From Bispira polyomma (Eukaryota): a DNA stretch of 64,000 nucleotides. Positions 11,108 through 23,600 of the stretch are shown piece by piece (position 1 is the first letter of the stretch; the number at the start of each line of letters is the position of its first letter). The position numbers were made by a program, and so were the translations under genes. Location: contig OZ287752.1 in the NCBI GenBank assembly GCA_965649765.1, forward strand, positions 17,360,001 through 17,424,000, given 5' to 3'. The notes beneath the pieces are model-generated. The model saw only the letters and a list, made by a program, of their open reading frames with translations. It had not been told where the DNA came from and did no database searches.

Positions 11108-12305
11108 ATGGCGACTTATGATGATGAAGAGAATAGGGACTTGATGTTAACAGACCTGAAAAGGCTCTGACTGTAGTACCAGAGGCCAAGTTATCTCAGT
11201 TTACAGCCCTGACAGAATACACAGAGGAGACCCAAGATCGAGAGGGAAAAGATTCAACTGGTGACGTCGAGGTCGCAAACCTATCCATGAAGCAGAGGAA
11301 GGGGCAGACGAAGATAGTGCTACTGTCATCAACTTCCTTCAAGTGACTTCACGAGTGACTATACAACAAATGCCATACTGACTACAAAGGACAACCAGAA
11401 AAAGAACGTGGCCTGTGAGGAGTTCTTTGAGGTCGGGGGGCTTGAAGCTGGCGAAGTCAAGAAGTGGTTCCAGTTCTAGCGCACCATCTACGGAAAGCTG
11501 AGCATGCCAAAGTCTGGTCAAGCCCCCCCTCCAAGTTGACAAACAGACAGAGCTGGGTGAAGGACAACTTCAAGTTCCAGGGGCCCTCACATCATCTGCT
11601 AAGTGAACAGGACGGCTGGCTTTAAGCCAATCTTATCTGCTTCTGCCTTTGCTTTTGCTTCTGCTGGTCGTAGGTCCCCGACACCAACGGGGTCCCAGTC
11701 TGACCTGGAAATGAAGGAGTCCTTTCCCGGAAAGTCACCAGTCAGATTTTTCCATCAGTCATCTGCCTTTAGAGGGCAGTCCACTCCAACACACCGTGAT
11801 GCAATGGCAGCCGACTTTAAGGAAAGCATGTCCAGGATGGAAGATAGGATAGCCAGCTTCATGAAAGACGCAGTCAAACCAAAACCTGAGGGATCAATAG
11901 CCGTTTTCATGAACTGACTGTTATTAGAGACTGATAAACTTTGGGAAACTTTGTTCAACACCTTCAGAAAAGAGGCCTTCAACCTGGTCAGCAACTTACA
12001 GGAACGTGCTCTATAGGGAGTTGGATTTACCCAATTCCAGCAACAACCGCAACAGTATCAACAATTTCAACCACAGCTGAGTACCTCCTATGGCATGGGG
12101 CCACTTGCTTTTGTCCTACAGCAGCAACAGCAACCACAACCGTATGTTCAGTACCACAAGCCAGACCACAGATGTCACAGCCTCAAAACCATTCACCAAT
12201 CAAGACAGTTCAACGACCACCAACACCAAGTGGAAGTGTAGCTAGTATATCTAGTATCACTGGGACTATTCTGGCATTAGACAACCCTGGGTCAGTCGAG
12301 TTCTG
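11108..12305 (+). pseudogene. Frameshifted Myb/SANT(MADF)-like DNA-binding protein of the Harbinger-like element
   Basis: Reading across frameshifts: YKDNQKKNVA..EVKKWFQF*RTIYGKLSMPKSGQAP..LTNRQSWVKDNFKF, then a Q/P-rich tail. Confidence 0.65.
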
Positions 12306-12847
12306 AACAGTTCAACAGTCTCATCAATGGTCAGAAATATAGGCATAGGCCCAAGGGATATAAGCTTCCAGAGCAAAGACACATATTCGCATTATGAGCA
12401 TAATATCACAGACACAACCACCACGGCCTCTTCCTCAGCCACCACAGCCTCCACCTCAGCCATCACAACAACCTCCTACACCTCAGCACCACCTCTGTCG
12501 AACCTGTCAGACCAGTGAAGTGTACACATCAAAACTAATCGCCCGTTTTCAGGGCCACCCAAATGTTTCAAAAACATTATCTGAGCTGTTTGTTGAAACA
12601 AAAAACACCTCACTACAATAAGCATACTGGCCCCACAAATAACTTATCACACATAACAAAAACAATACTTGGCCCCTCCCCACAGAAATAACAATACACT
12701 GTTAAATTTTCAACTTGTGAAAGCCCATCCCAAAATATAAGTATCAGAGGTATAGACAATATTCCTAGGCGTACCAATTTAATGACAGAAAAAAAAATAA
12801 AAAAAGAACATAATAATAAAATATTTAATCACCGATTGAGACCCCCC

Positions 12848-12984
12848 TCCTCCCCACGAATCAAATTTATGGTAGCACCAAAACAAGCATAATATTTGGA
12901 TACTTGGGAGTACCCACCTCCCCCACACGAATCAAATTTATTGTAGCACCAAAACAAGCATAATTTTTGGCTATTTGGGAGTAC
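12848..12984 (+). repeat. Tandem duplication, ~67 bp x2
   Basis: cctcccc..cacgaatcaaattta.gtagcaccaaaacaagcataat..ttgg..ttgggagtac occurs twice. Confidence 0.85.
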
Positions 12985-14689
12985 TAAAAGAAAAATCCTA
13001 GCTACTAGTACTTCCCTCCCTTAAATAAAATTTTAGCAGTTGCCCCTCCCAGTAGAAATATTTTAAATACATGGAAGTTTGTTTAGTAGTTGTCCCCCCT
13101 TAAATGGGAAAACTGTTTAGTAGTTGGCCCCCTTAATTGGGGTGCCTCGTGAACTAAGCCGAATGGATCTGGCAGTCTCCCCGAGTTATCTTTTTGGTTG
13201 TAAGCAGTACTACCAAATTATCGCTCGGGAAAGCCATTTGTGCATCCGTAGGTCAAAGATCTATCTGGAGGCCCCCACCCACTAATCGCTTATAAACGTG
13301 TGGCACAGATTTTTCCCCACTTTTCTTCAAAAATGGCAGGCAAATGCTGTTGAGTGACCCTCATAGCATCAGTGGGAGGCTAGCCCCGATCGATCGATTA
13401 AATGGAACAGCCTTAGACTGAACTTTTAGTGTTTAAGTATTGATCGAAATATGTAGGCAGGCAAAAGTTAAAAATAATTTTTATGCAATTTTAGCATGGT
13501 CCCTAACAGGGACCTATTGGAGAGATTGTAGAATGGAAAAAATCTGCTAAAATCCTTATTAAGCTCAATTAAGGATTACTTTGTGTATTTATCAAATTAT
13601 TAAACTTTGATACAGTGAATTGTAGCAAACATGTAATTAATCGAATAAATATATGGTACAAAAATTCATAATACATTTGCAAAGGCAACATTGGATAATG
13701 CCATGGCACAGAAATAACTTAAGCAGAAGTAAACTCTTTAATACAATTTCAGTATTTATCATTTATGTTACAATGATTTGTGTGTTGTCTCTCCTGTATA
13801 TTCATATACACTCCCACATGCTCAAGAAACAGCTCAGAAATAGACACACTGTGAATAATATGTTATTACTAAATAACTATATACTAATTTGTTTTTATAG
13901 TATATATTTATAACAGAGGAACAATGTAAACATTTAGTTTAGTTTATAAGAGTTTAGTTAAAAGAGTTAAGTAACATGTACTTGATACATGTGTTATATG
14001 CCAGTACTGTACTCGGACATTATGGCATTTAAGACATTTCACTTTCGACAGGAACACAAAATTACCGAGGTTAGAAAACATTTTACTTGGTAAATGTTTA
14101 TAATAGCATCAGCAAAAATAGTTGCTGTCACCCATGGGTTGCTATGACATTACATATACAGTGCTTTATGAGTTTGTTATTGCAATACATGTTAGATAGT
14201 TGAAATGTAATAGTCTATGACCCTGATACATGGCAATTCAGGGGGCCAGTACTACCTTTTAGCTCAAAACAGTATGACCCAAAATTGCTGAACAATACAA
14301 GACATTAAAGCTAATGTAGCACAAGAAACCCACAAGGTGGCCAGCAAAAGTTTATATATAGTACAGGTCCCTTGGTCACAGTTCCTTCCTGATGAGGTTA
14401 CAGAGAGTAAGCATCACGACACAAAGTATGTAGTATGAAGACAACGAAACAAGAGTGCAGCAGTGCATCCTTACTGTTGACCCGACACAAACACAGTTAC
14501 ATTGCATCATACTTATATGAAAAACACACCGAGGGGGCAGGTGAAGTTGCGAGGGCAAGGTGCGGTGCACTCTGAATAGCATACACAGCATTCCACAGGT
14601 GCTCACGCACTTCCCAGATTCCAAGCCAGCCCCGAAATCAACTAGGCAGACAGATGTGACCTTTACATTGCCACCTTAGATTAACCAGC

Positions 14690-16520
14690 ATACTGTCTTT
14701 TCATTTGAGTTCAGTGACAGAGTAGCCATATTTACACTTCTACACAAGTTAGAGGTACTTCCTGTTTCCATAAGTTTCGCACATAGGTTTATACAGGATT
14801 TTTGATATATTGAATCTAAATATATTCATTCATTTAAAAAATGATATTTGATAGGAATGGCTTTATATAGCCCGTCCACTTGGTAGTTGAGATAAATGAT
14901 TGGTAAAGTTATCTACTGTGAAGTAAGCGTGATAAGCTATTGGGCTAAATTTATTTTATGGAAGTCAGTAATGAGATTTCTGTTTGAGTATTTATTTTAT
15001 ATACATGTTAGTATATGTATACAGGTTAACAATTTGTAAAATAAATGTTTAAAATTTTTTAAATATTAAGCCCCAATAGGGAACTAACACCAACTGACAT
15101 AATCCGCAAACAACATAGGACCAGCCAATTAATAGTTTAGGACTAGCCTGTACATAATAATACATACAAAACCATAATATTTAAAAAGTGTGTTTTACTC
15201 TCATGTTATTTAAACCTCGATAAGTGGATACAATTAAAACTCTAAAATACACGAACGAATAATTATGTCATAAATGGTCTTTTTATTACCACACAAAATA
15301 CATACATTTCCACCATAAACCATGTTTTTCAAGTATACTAACATAATTAGTGCAAAGTGCAAATCATAGCTTGCACCCATTTTATTCTTTACTTGCTTAA
15401 ATTTTTGCTCTGAAACTTTCAGAACAGTCCAAAGTTAGGGTCCTGTCGGTTATGGTTTTGAACTTGTCTTTGGTTTATTATGTGTTGCACTTCAGAAAAT
15501 GCATACCATCAGTCATGTTAAATATACATTACACAATTAAATGTGAACTTTTCTGTCGCTAGTTCTGATTACTAACAGCACATAACCAGAATGTACACTA
15601 CAATAATAATAATACAAAAATGGAATGTAATAACAACAACCTAGTGAATGTCTATAAAATCTAAACAAGAACATTAAAGTCTTTTAACAGTAAATTCAGT
15701 ATACAAGTACATTATAAGGCAAGTTATAATATCTGGTGACAGTGGGAAGAGAAATAAAAGAGGAAAGAAGAAAATGCCGGAAACGTTGCAGACATGATTA
15801 TAAGAAGATGTAGTGGTGAATCCAATTGTTTTACATTCCACAATGGCCCTTTTCATTAAAACGTGTAGGTTTAGCATCATTAAGAAATAACAACCATCTT
15901 AATGAAAATGTCCAATAGAGCCCTCACAAAACAGAGGCCCACTATCTTTATTGATATATTTATGTTTGTTTTAAACGTTGTGAATCTTTGTCCTGAAATG
16001 CTCTCCTGTGTGTACAATGTATTTTTATACACACAATGACAAATGCTTTCCAATGTATCTATTTAAGTTTTATTCTAAGTTGCATTCATTCAAGAATAAT
16101 TTTAACACTTGATAACTCACGAAAACACACATAATTAAATATCAGTATGGCTAAGACTTTGTGAGTGACAAGTAAACATGTACACTTTTGTAAACAGTCT
16201 GTCCAGATTATTATCTAGCTATTGATATTATATATTATGCAGGCCAACAAAGGACAAGGAAGTTATTTACACATGACGTATTTCAGCGAATAGCTAAACT
16301 AAGTACTGATAGTACTGGTGAAAAATTTTATAATATCTTAAATGTTCAAATTTGTTTAATGTGGACATGTTTGTAATCATGGGATTCTACGTAAATATCT
16401 GTCTATCTATTGTTCGGATTGTCACCTTATTTTGTATGTGTTTTATGCATATCTTTGGATATTGAGATTATCTAAAAATAATTGTCAGTGTACTATAGAA
16501 AATTATCACAATATATTATA
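14690..16520 (+). repeat. Upstream region of gene B, segmentally duplicated at ~39635-40817
   Basis: Many colinear shared blocks, e.g. gtacttcctgttt, aaaatgcataccatca, agagccctcacaaaaca, gaatagctaaactaagtactga. Confidence 0.9.
14905..15320. repeat. Interspersed repeat with an inverted copy at ~29815-30240
   Basis: Reverse-complement matches such as aaacctcgataagtggataca/tgtatccacttatcgaggttt and actagcctgtacataat/attatgtacaggctagt; absent from the 39.6-kb paralog. Confidence 0.8.
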
Positions 16521-17221
16521 TTGTATTTAATTATTTATGAAGCAGTATAAATGATGCACTACGTGCTCTAATTCTTTGCTTAGTGATTTCAAAATAAGGA
16601 TACAATCACTACAATTGTGTGTTTTACTATATATTTATTATTTTCAATTTTTGAGTGTATAATAAAAGTAAAACAACCTTGTGCTGCAAATAACTTTAGA
16701 TTATCAATATCAATTAACTGTGTCTTCTCTCCTGATAACATTAAAAAATATACATTCCTCATGTAATTTTCCTCCAGTTGTGTATCCTCCAGGTGGTGTG
16801 AAATATAAAAATGTATGTTTTAAGTGCTACAATAATTATGAACTGTAGAATTTATTCAATATGAAAGTCTATTTCACCTCCTTTATATTTGTTTTTGAAT
16901 CACATTTGAGTGACAACTTTGTACTCTTCTGTTGACATAGTATTGATTTCTGAGAGGTTTCAATGTTAGTGTTTATTTCCAAATGTTTGTGGCATGTTTA
17001 AACCAGAGTAAACAAACAGGGTTTTTTAAGAAGAAAAAGTAAAATAGCACCCTTGTTACATATGTTATCACCCAAAGATACAAACAATTGCTAACCTTGT
17101 ATACTTGGTATTATTGTACATTACCCAGGTATGTCTTGTATTAAGTATATATATATATATATATTTTTTTTTATTCATACATAAAATTAATAGGGTAACA
17201 TATATATGAATACTCTTTTAG

Positions 17222-17602
17222 CTGTATTTGATGTGGGTAATACAGAAGTGACCCAAGTGTCCTACACCACATCCTACCCAGCTGACAGTGGTTACTACAT
17301 ACTGGATGGAGAACAGCTGACACTGGACTGTGTGTTTACAGGAACACTGACCTCACTGGTGTGGTGGACACTAAAGGGAAGTAATGAGCAAATCATACTA
17401 GTTTCTCCTAACAGAGAGGATAACATACCTGACAGTGAGTACAAATCCAGGATAGAAGACTCTACACTGACATCAACTTCTCATCAGTTGGTGATTAGAG
17501 TCAACAAACAACAGGATGAGGAGCAGGAGTTCAGGTGTCGTGTTGTCAAGGAGGATAATATATTTGGATCTGAGAAAGACAGACAACTTGGAGACATTTT
17601 AG
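17222..17602 (+). CDS. Gene B exon: N-terminal V-like Ig domain
   Basis: GEQLTLDC..LVWW..SRI..HQLVI..DEEQEFRC. Confidence 0.9.
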
Positions 17603-20600
17603 GTGAGTTGTGCTATTATGTATTTAGATGTATGTACCTTTTTAATGAGTGAGTCTAGCCAGGACAGGCTCACTCATTGATGTTATACTGCAGATTTGGT
17701 GTTGTGACAGCATTTTTTTGAAATTGGCCCAAAAATTTAACTTCATACTTACTAGGTATCGTTTTTAATTCTTGGGATAATGCAATCAATTTGTTTTCTA
17801 AATAAAGAAACTATAATAATGGTTTTAAAAACAATGACCTGGGTTGACATGAGTTTGACTTATATAGTCACATACTTCACTTTCTAGCCTTGAAAATGGC
17901 TCTATTTATAAAAAGGTCCTATATATGCGAAAAATCAATAAAAATCTGTCTCAGGATCTCTGATACAACTGGAGTGGTACACACTAAAGGGAAGTAATAA
18001 ACTACTCTTAGTTGTGCGTCCTAACACAGAGGATCAAATATTTGACACTGAGTCCAGAATAGAAGACTCTACACTGACATCAACATCTAACCAGTTGGTG
18101 ATTACAGTCAACAAACAACAGGATGAGGAGCAGGAGTTCAGGTGTCGTGTTGTCACTGAGAGGAATATCTTTGGATCAAATAAAGAAAAACAACTGGGCA
18201 AAATTTTAGGTCAGTTATGAAAGGGTTCGATTTTACAACAGGTTGGATATTTTTTAATACACACTTTAACAAATTATAACTACTCTTAGTTGATTAATAT
18301 AGAAATTAAAAAAAAAATACGCCTGTTTAATGTTCATTTTCAACAATTGATTGGGTGGGTTTAGTTTTAATTCACTCCCAGAGATAATTTAAAATGCACA
18401 TAAAACACTCGTTTAAGTATTTTATTTCTATTCTAAAATGATAAACCATTAGCTTTGAATACAATGACACAATGATTACATAAAATGTGTGACTATTATG
18501 AAGACGGTTCCATGTTGTGGCTGTTTCATTGTATAAACATATCACAGCTGAAGTTGAAAAACAAAAGCATTGAAAAATACAAAAATAATGCTGATTATTT
18601 ATTAAAACTACTTACTTTACTAGAGGTAAAACATCATAAAAATCAGTTGAGAAATAGCTTTAATATTTAACAGTTGATATATTTAAGTTTAAATATGGAA
18701 TAGTGTGTCAAGGGAGATTGACGGAACAGCATAAACAACCTATTATGCATTATACTGGGTGTTTTATGCAAATTTAAAACATTGTGCAAAGATGTGTGTT
18801 TTTCTATTGCTCAGCCTACCATTTTAGAATGAGCTTTAAATATAAATTCGTTATCTGCTTCAGTCATTGTTATCAGTACATTTATGTATTTAAATATTAT
18901 AAGAAACAAAAATAGTTTGGGGACATTTATTTTCCAGTGCCATCATCCTCTGTGACACTAGAAGGTCTAGATGTTGTAATAGAAGGTGTACAACAGACCA
19001 TAGAGTGTGAGGTGAACTCAGTTTACAGAGGTCAGGAGGTGACAGAGTTTGGTGTAAAGGTAGGAGAGTCTACACTGACATCTGGTACAAAGACACAGAC
19101 TACAGGGTCAGTGAGTGGGACTTATACTGTAAAGTATAGACAGACTTCAACATTTACCTACAGTGAACACCAGGGTCAACAGGTACAGTGTGAGGTCAAA
19201 TGGATGGAAGGGACAAGTGTAGAGACAGTGAAAACATCTACAGTTGAGACACTTTATATTTATGGTATGTAAATAAAATGTAAAATGATTATTATAATAG
19301 TATTTATACAAAACATTCAGTATATAATTTGCATAATTAGTAGTTGTAAACTAAAGTGTGTGAATAAGGTGTCTCAATAAGGTGTTTGTATCCCAGTTTC
19401 ACATGCCTTTTTTATATTTTGTACATATTATTGTTATGTTTGCTCTTAGTTCGAGCCACAGATGTAACTTTAGATATATCTGACAGTCCAGTACTAGAAG
19501 ACACTCCACTGACCTTCACATGTACCACCTCTAGTATCCCCTTACCCAGACTAAGACTGTACAGACAGAGGGAGGGTCAGTCTGCCACTGTGGTAAAGTC
19601 TGTCACTGATTTGACACTGAGCTGGACTAACAGTATGGAGTCAGCAGACAACAAAGCCGAGTTTTACTGTAGAGTGGATGACAATAAGGACATTGCAGGC
19701 TGGGACTTTCATGTACAGTCAGAGAAACAGGAGATTACTGTGTGGTGTAGGCAATATTTTATTTTGTTTTAGTTCTTAAGCATTTCTTTCTGGGGATAAT
19801 ATACAGACATGTATTTGATTTTTGATTATTGTGCAATAATTCAATACTTTGTTCCTATATTGGAAGTTATTGGGCTTTCAGATTTTCAATTTTAAGTAAT
19901 ATGTGCAAATTTCAGGGAAATATTACTTTTTCAGAATTTTCACAAAATTAAACTGTAGTTCAACCTTGTGCACTGAAAATACTTTATTATTGCTTCAACT
20001 TCAGAGACGCTTTGTTTTGTTTTTCAAAATCAATTTTCTAGTTTTTTGACATTTGCAAATATGTTTTAAGTTTATGAGGTAAAGTTAAACAATCTTAGAA
20101 CTAAACTTATTTATTTTATTTTAGTTTAGTTCTGAGGCATTTATCAATATTTGATACTGCTGACATTATAAGTTGGTGTTGGTTGTTTTTCTTTTAGTTA
20201 AACCTTCCTTGAAATTTAATGCCAACACAAGCCCCAACCCCACAGAAGGAGATATCCGACAGATAGAGTGTATCTCTACATCAGCAAACCCAGAACCTGT
20301 ACTGACTCTGTACAGAGGAGATGTGGAGGTGAAGTCAGTGACAGGGAGAGAACTCAGTTATGGTGTGGAGATAACAAGAGAGATCAATGGTGTGATATAT
20401 AAGTGTACAGCTACTACATCTGATACCCGGAGTTATGACTATAAAGTGTTGTCTGGTGGCAAATATTACACTGTACTATGTGAGTTCCATACATACTTGT
20501 TAATTTGGTTGTCATTGGATTTGTTTTTGCTCTTTCTGTTTCAGAAATAAATTGAGGAGCAATAATTTTAAGAAAATATTCCATTTTGAAAGCCTAATTT

Positions 20601-23600
20601 ATTTCAAAATATCGAAGACAAAATTCACTTCTATTTCAACTGTGTAACTTTTTAAGTCCATTAATAAACTATGTTTAAAGTATCCTGACTTGGATGTTTT
20701 GAACCATCCCGAAAAGTTAAAATGTTCATGCAGAAAGAATATATAACATTTTTTGTGAATATTTAGTAACTATATATGACAAACAAAAATATCTGATATT
20801 TAAATAGTACTTGTCGTATTGTATATGTTGTTGTTTTATACTATATGTACAAACATCTTCTCATGTGTGAATTTTTTTTGCAAAATTTAAAAATTATGCG
20901 AATATTCATTTTAGTTGAATCCATGGAATTAATAATAATCGGTGCTCCCACAGAGTTGTTAGAAGAGGACAATGATATAACAGTGATGTGTAGAACAGAT
21001 GAAGGTAATCCAACACCTACAGTGAGGTGGTATAAAGATGGTCAGACTGTACCTGTAGATACTGCCCTGAAGTCTGTGACTGATAAGGAGATTGATGGTC
21101 AGTACATGGCTAAATATGTGGAGAGTACACTGAAGATACAGACTAGACGTACATTGAATGGAAGGGAATATAGTTGTATGGTGGAAGGTACCAGCCTGGA
21201 AAGGAAATTTACACTTGGAGTAAAGTGTAAGTTACATTTGTTCTATGTTGCTGTTTTATATGAAAATTGTAGCATATATAAAAATATATGAATCAATTTC
21301 ATTGCATTTAAAAATGACGTAAGGTGACAGTGCTTACTTTATAAAAACTCAATTGCTGTGCATATATATTTACAAAAATATAGGTTTTCAAATCTGTATT
21401 TCTTTTGATTCAGGTCTGTGGTAAATATCTACCACTTACACATGCAGTTTTATCACCAAATGCAGAATATATTTTGATATCATGCACATAGTCAAATGTG
21501 TATTGATCAATGCAAATACTAATTCTATATACAAAATTGAAATGAAATTGTGAGACGAGTTAACTGCTTAGAAGAGTTTTTGCATCTTTTATTGTGAATC
21601 AGAAATATTGCTATATAGCATGTGATTCTGATAAACTGGGAATCACACATTTTGAAGGGATCTAAGCATTTTAACACTACCAATTTGATATATTATGTCA
21701 TTTATGTCAAATATGACTGGCTGCTTATGTCTATCATATTGGTGTTGCAGCCCAAAAGGTTTGATAAATTATCATGAAATTAACATAAAATGGGCACAAT
21801 AGTGGATCTACAACTAATAAGGTTATATTCTTCACCATATTAATAATTAGGTTTTATATTTTTCGTTAAAATTATTATTACTGATCCAACCCCTTGATGA
21901 AACGATTCATCTAAACAATCTTAATTTCATTAACTTTTTAAACAAATTGACAGGTTTTCACTTTGTTTAACATTGACAGGAATGATGAAGCTTAAAAAGA
22001 TGTATACATCGTGTCAAAAAAGTTCTTCCCATAATATTTAATAAGGAAATATCCATTAAATCTTGACCTTACAAGATCCTGGTATTGATTAAAAGTGTTA
22101 TATATGGGGCAAATTCCCGACCGCTATAATAAACAGTGTACTTCTTTAGTACACATACACTGGCGCCTGTTGTTTGAATTGAGTGTAACTGAAACTGAAT
22201 TCTTACAAATGTCTTTATTATTTTCATTTAGGTCAGGTTCATCTCAAGCCATTATTTTCCTGCCACTAAACGTTTTCTTGCTGGTTAAAATTAAAGCTCA
22301 GCAGCTCATGTTTTACTTAGTGGCTGTAATTCAGACTGTGCTCTAGTAATTGCACAAACATAATGGTTTTAACAAATAGTAATATGTTAAGTTACATTGT
22401 TTCACAACACACTTATATATAAAACCTCAAACTGCAAAATAGCGACCCAAACAAGGACACAAGTTTGCATGGATATTTATAATATAAGTACTAGCATTAT
22501 AATAGTAAGTACTGTGTATGTTTATCATTAAGTTTATCAAATTTTTCATGTGCTGTTCTTTTATTTGTTAACCATTGGATGAATCTTTTTCATATGTCAT
22601 GTTATATACCTTTGTATTTCATGGACATGATATATACCACTTGCAATTATGTACCTAGTTATTTTCCCAATTTTTCATTGGTTGTTATACTAAGAGATGT
22701 CTGCTCTAATTACTTGTGACGGCAATAAAACAGTTTTGAAGCTAAAATATTTATGTTTGACAGAACTAGGCTGTCATTGATATGAAGACTGTGTGTAGTT
22801 TTACGATGCTAATACTCATCATTGATTGTTATGTCTAAATAGTTTGCATAGGGGTAAATACCAGCAATCGACATATGATCAGATTTCTTACATGCTTGTT
22901 TATTTTGACTCACAAATACACAGTCCAGCAGTGACGTTTTTTTTTTTGTAATTTACTAACGGTATGTAAAAAAACTACCAACTAGCGATCAGATGTTAAT
23001 GTTTTTGCTGGCATGTTATTATGTACAAAACATCTGATCATCATAGAATATAGAAACTGGTCAGTCATTGTCTGATAGTAATTAAAAGTAAATATCAGAA
23101 TTAGCATATCTGCATTATAAATACTTGATTTTAATTTATCTAATCAACAATGTATATATAAAAAAACGTCTGTATCAAACATTTAATATATTTTAACTTT
23201 TTAATGAATCGCTATAATTCAAACTACTTCAGGAAAATAATTTACGTGTAACCAGTTTATACAAACTTAAAATAAAATTGTAAGAATACCAAAGTACCAT
23301 GACTGTTGTATCGTGTCTGAACTAAGCTTATAATATAAAACAATTTATCCTCATAGTTATAATATGTTTCTTGCTTTTTCTATAAATACTGGATACCATA
23401 TGTTTAAACATGATGATTTATCAACTAGAACTGTGCGACTAATATTTTATTTACACAAACTCCATGTTTTATTACAATGGGAAATATAAGATATATATAT
23501 CTTTATAAATTGACTTTTGTTATTTCAGTTTCACATGATGTTGCAGTCATCCAGAGTCCCTCAGATTCTGTGTCAGAAGGTTCAAGTCTGTCCTTGACCT

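Larger units (their letters stand above)
10425..13412 (+). mobile_element. Degenerate PIF/Harbinger-like DNA transposon with a remnant Myb/SANT (MADF)-like ORF; left boundary approximate
   Basis: GC-richer island with gatcggg/gctccc subterminal motifs; right end ...aatggaacagcc|TTA; no matching left TIR and no transposase seen. Confidence 0.6.

Noticed and set aside
14385-14455. ctgatga as a hammerhead ribozyme core (also at ~62264)
   Set aside because: No correctly placed GAAA with stems I and III
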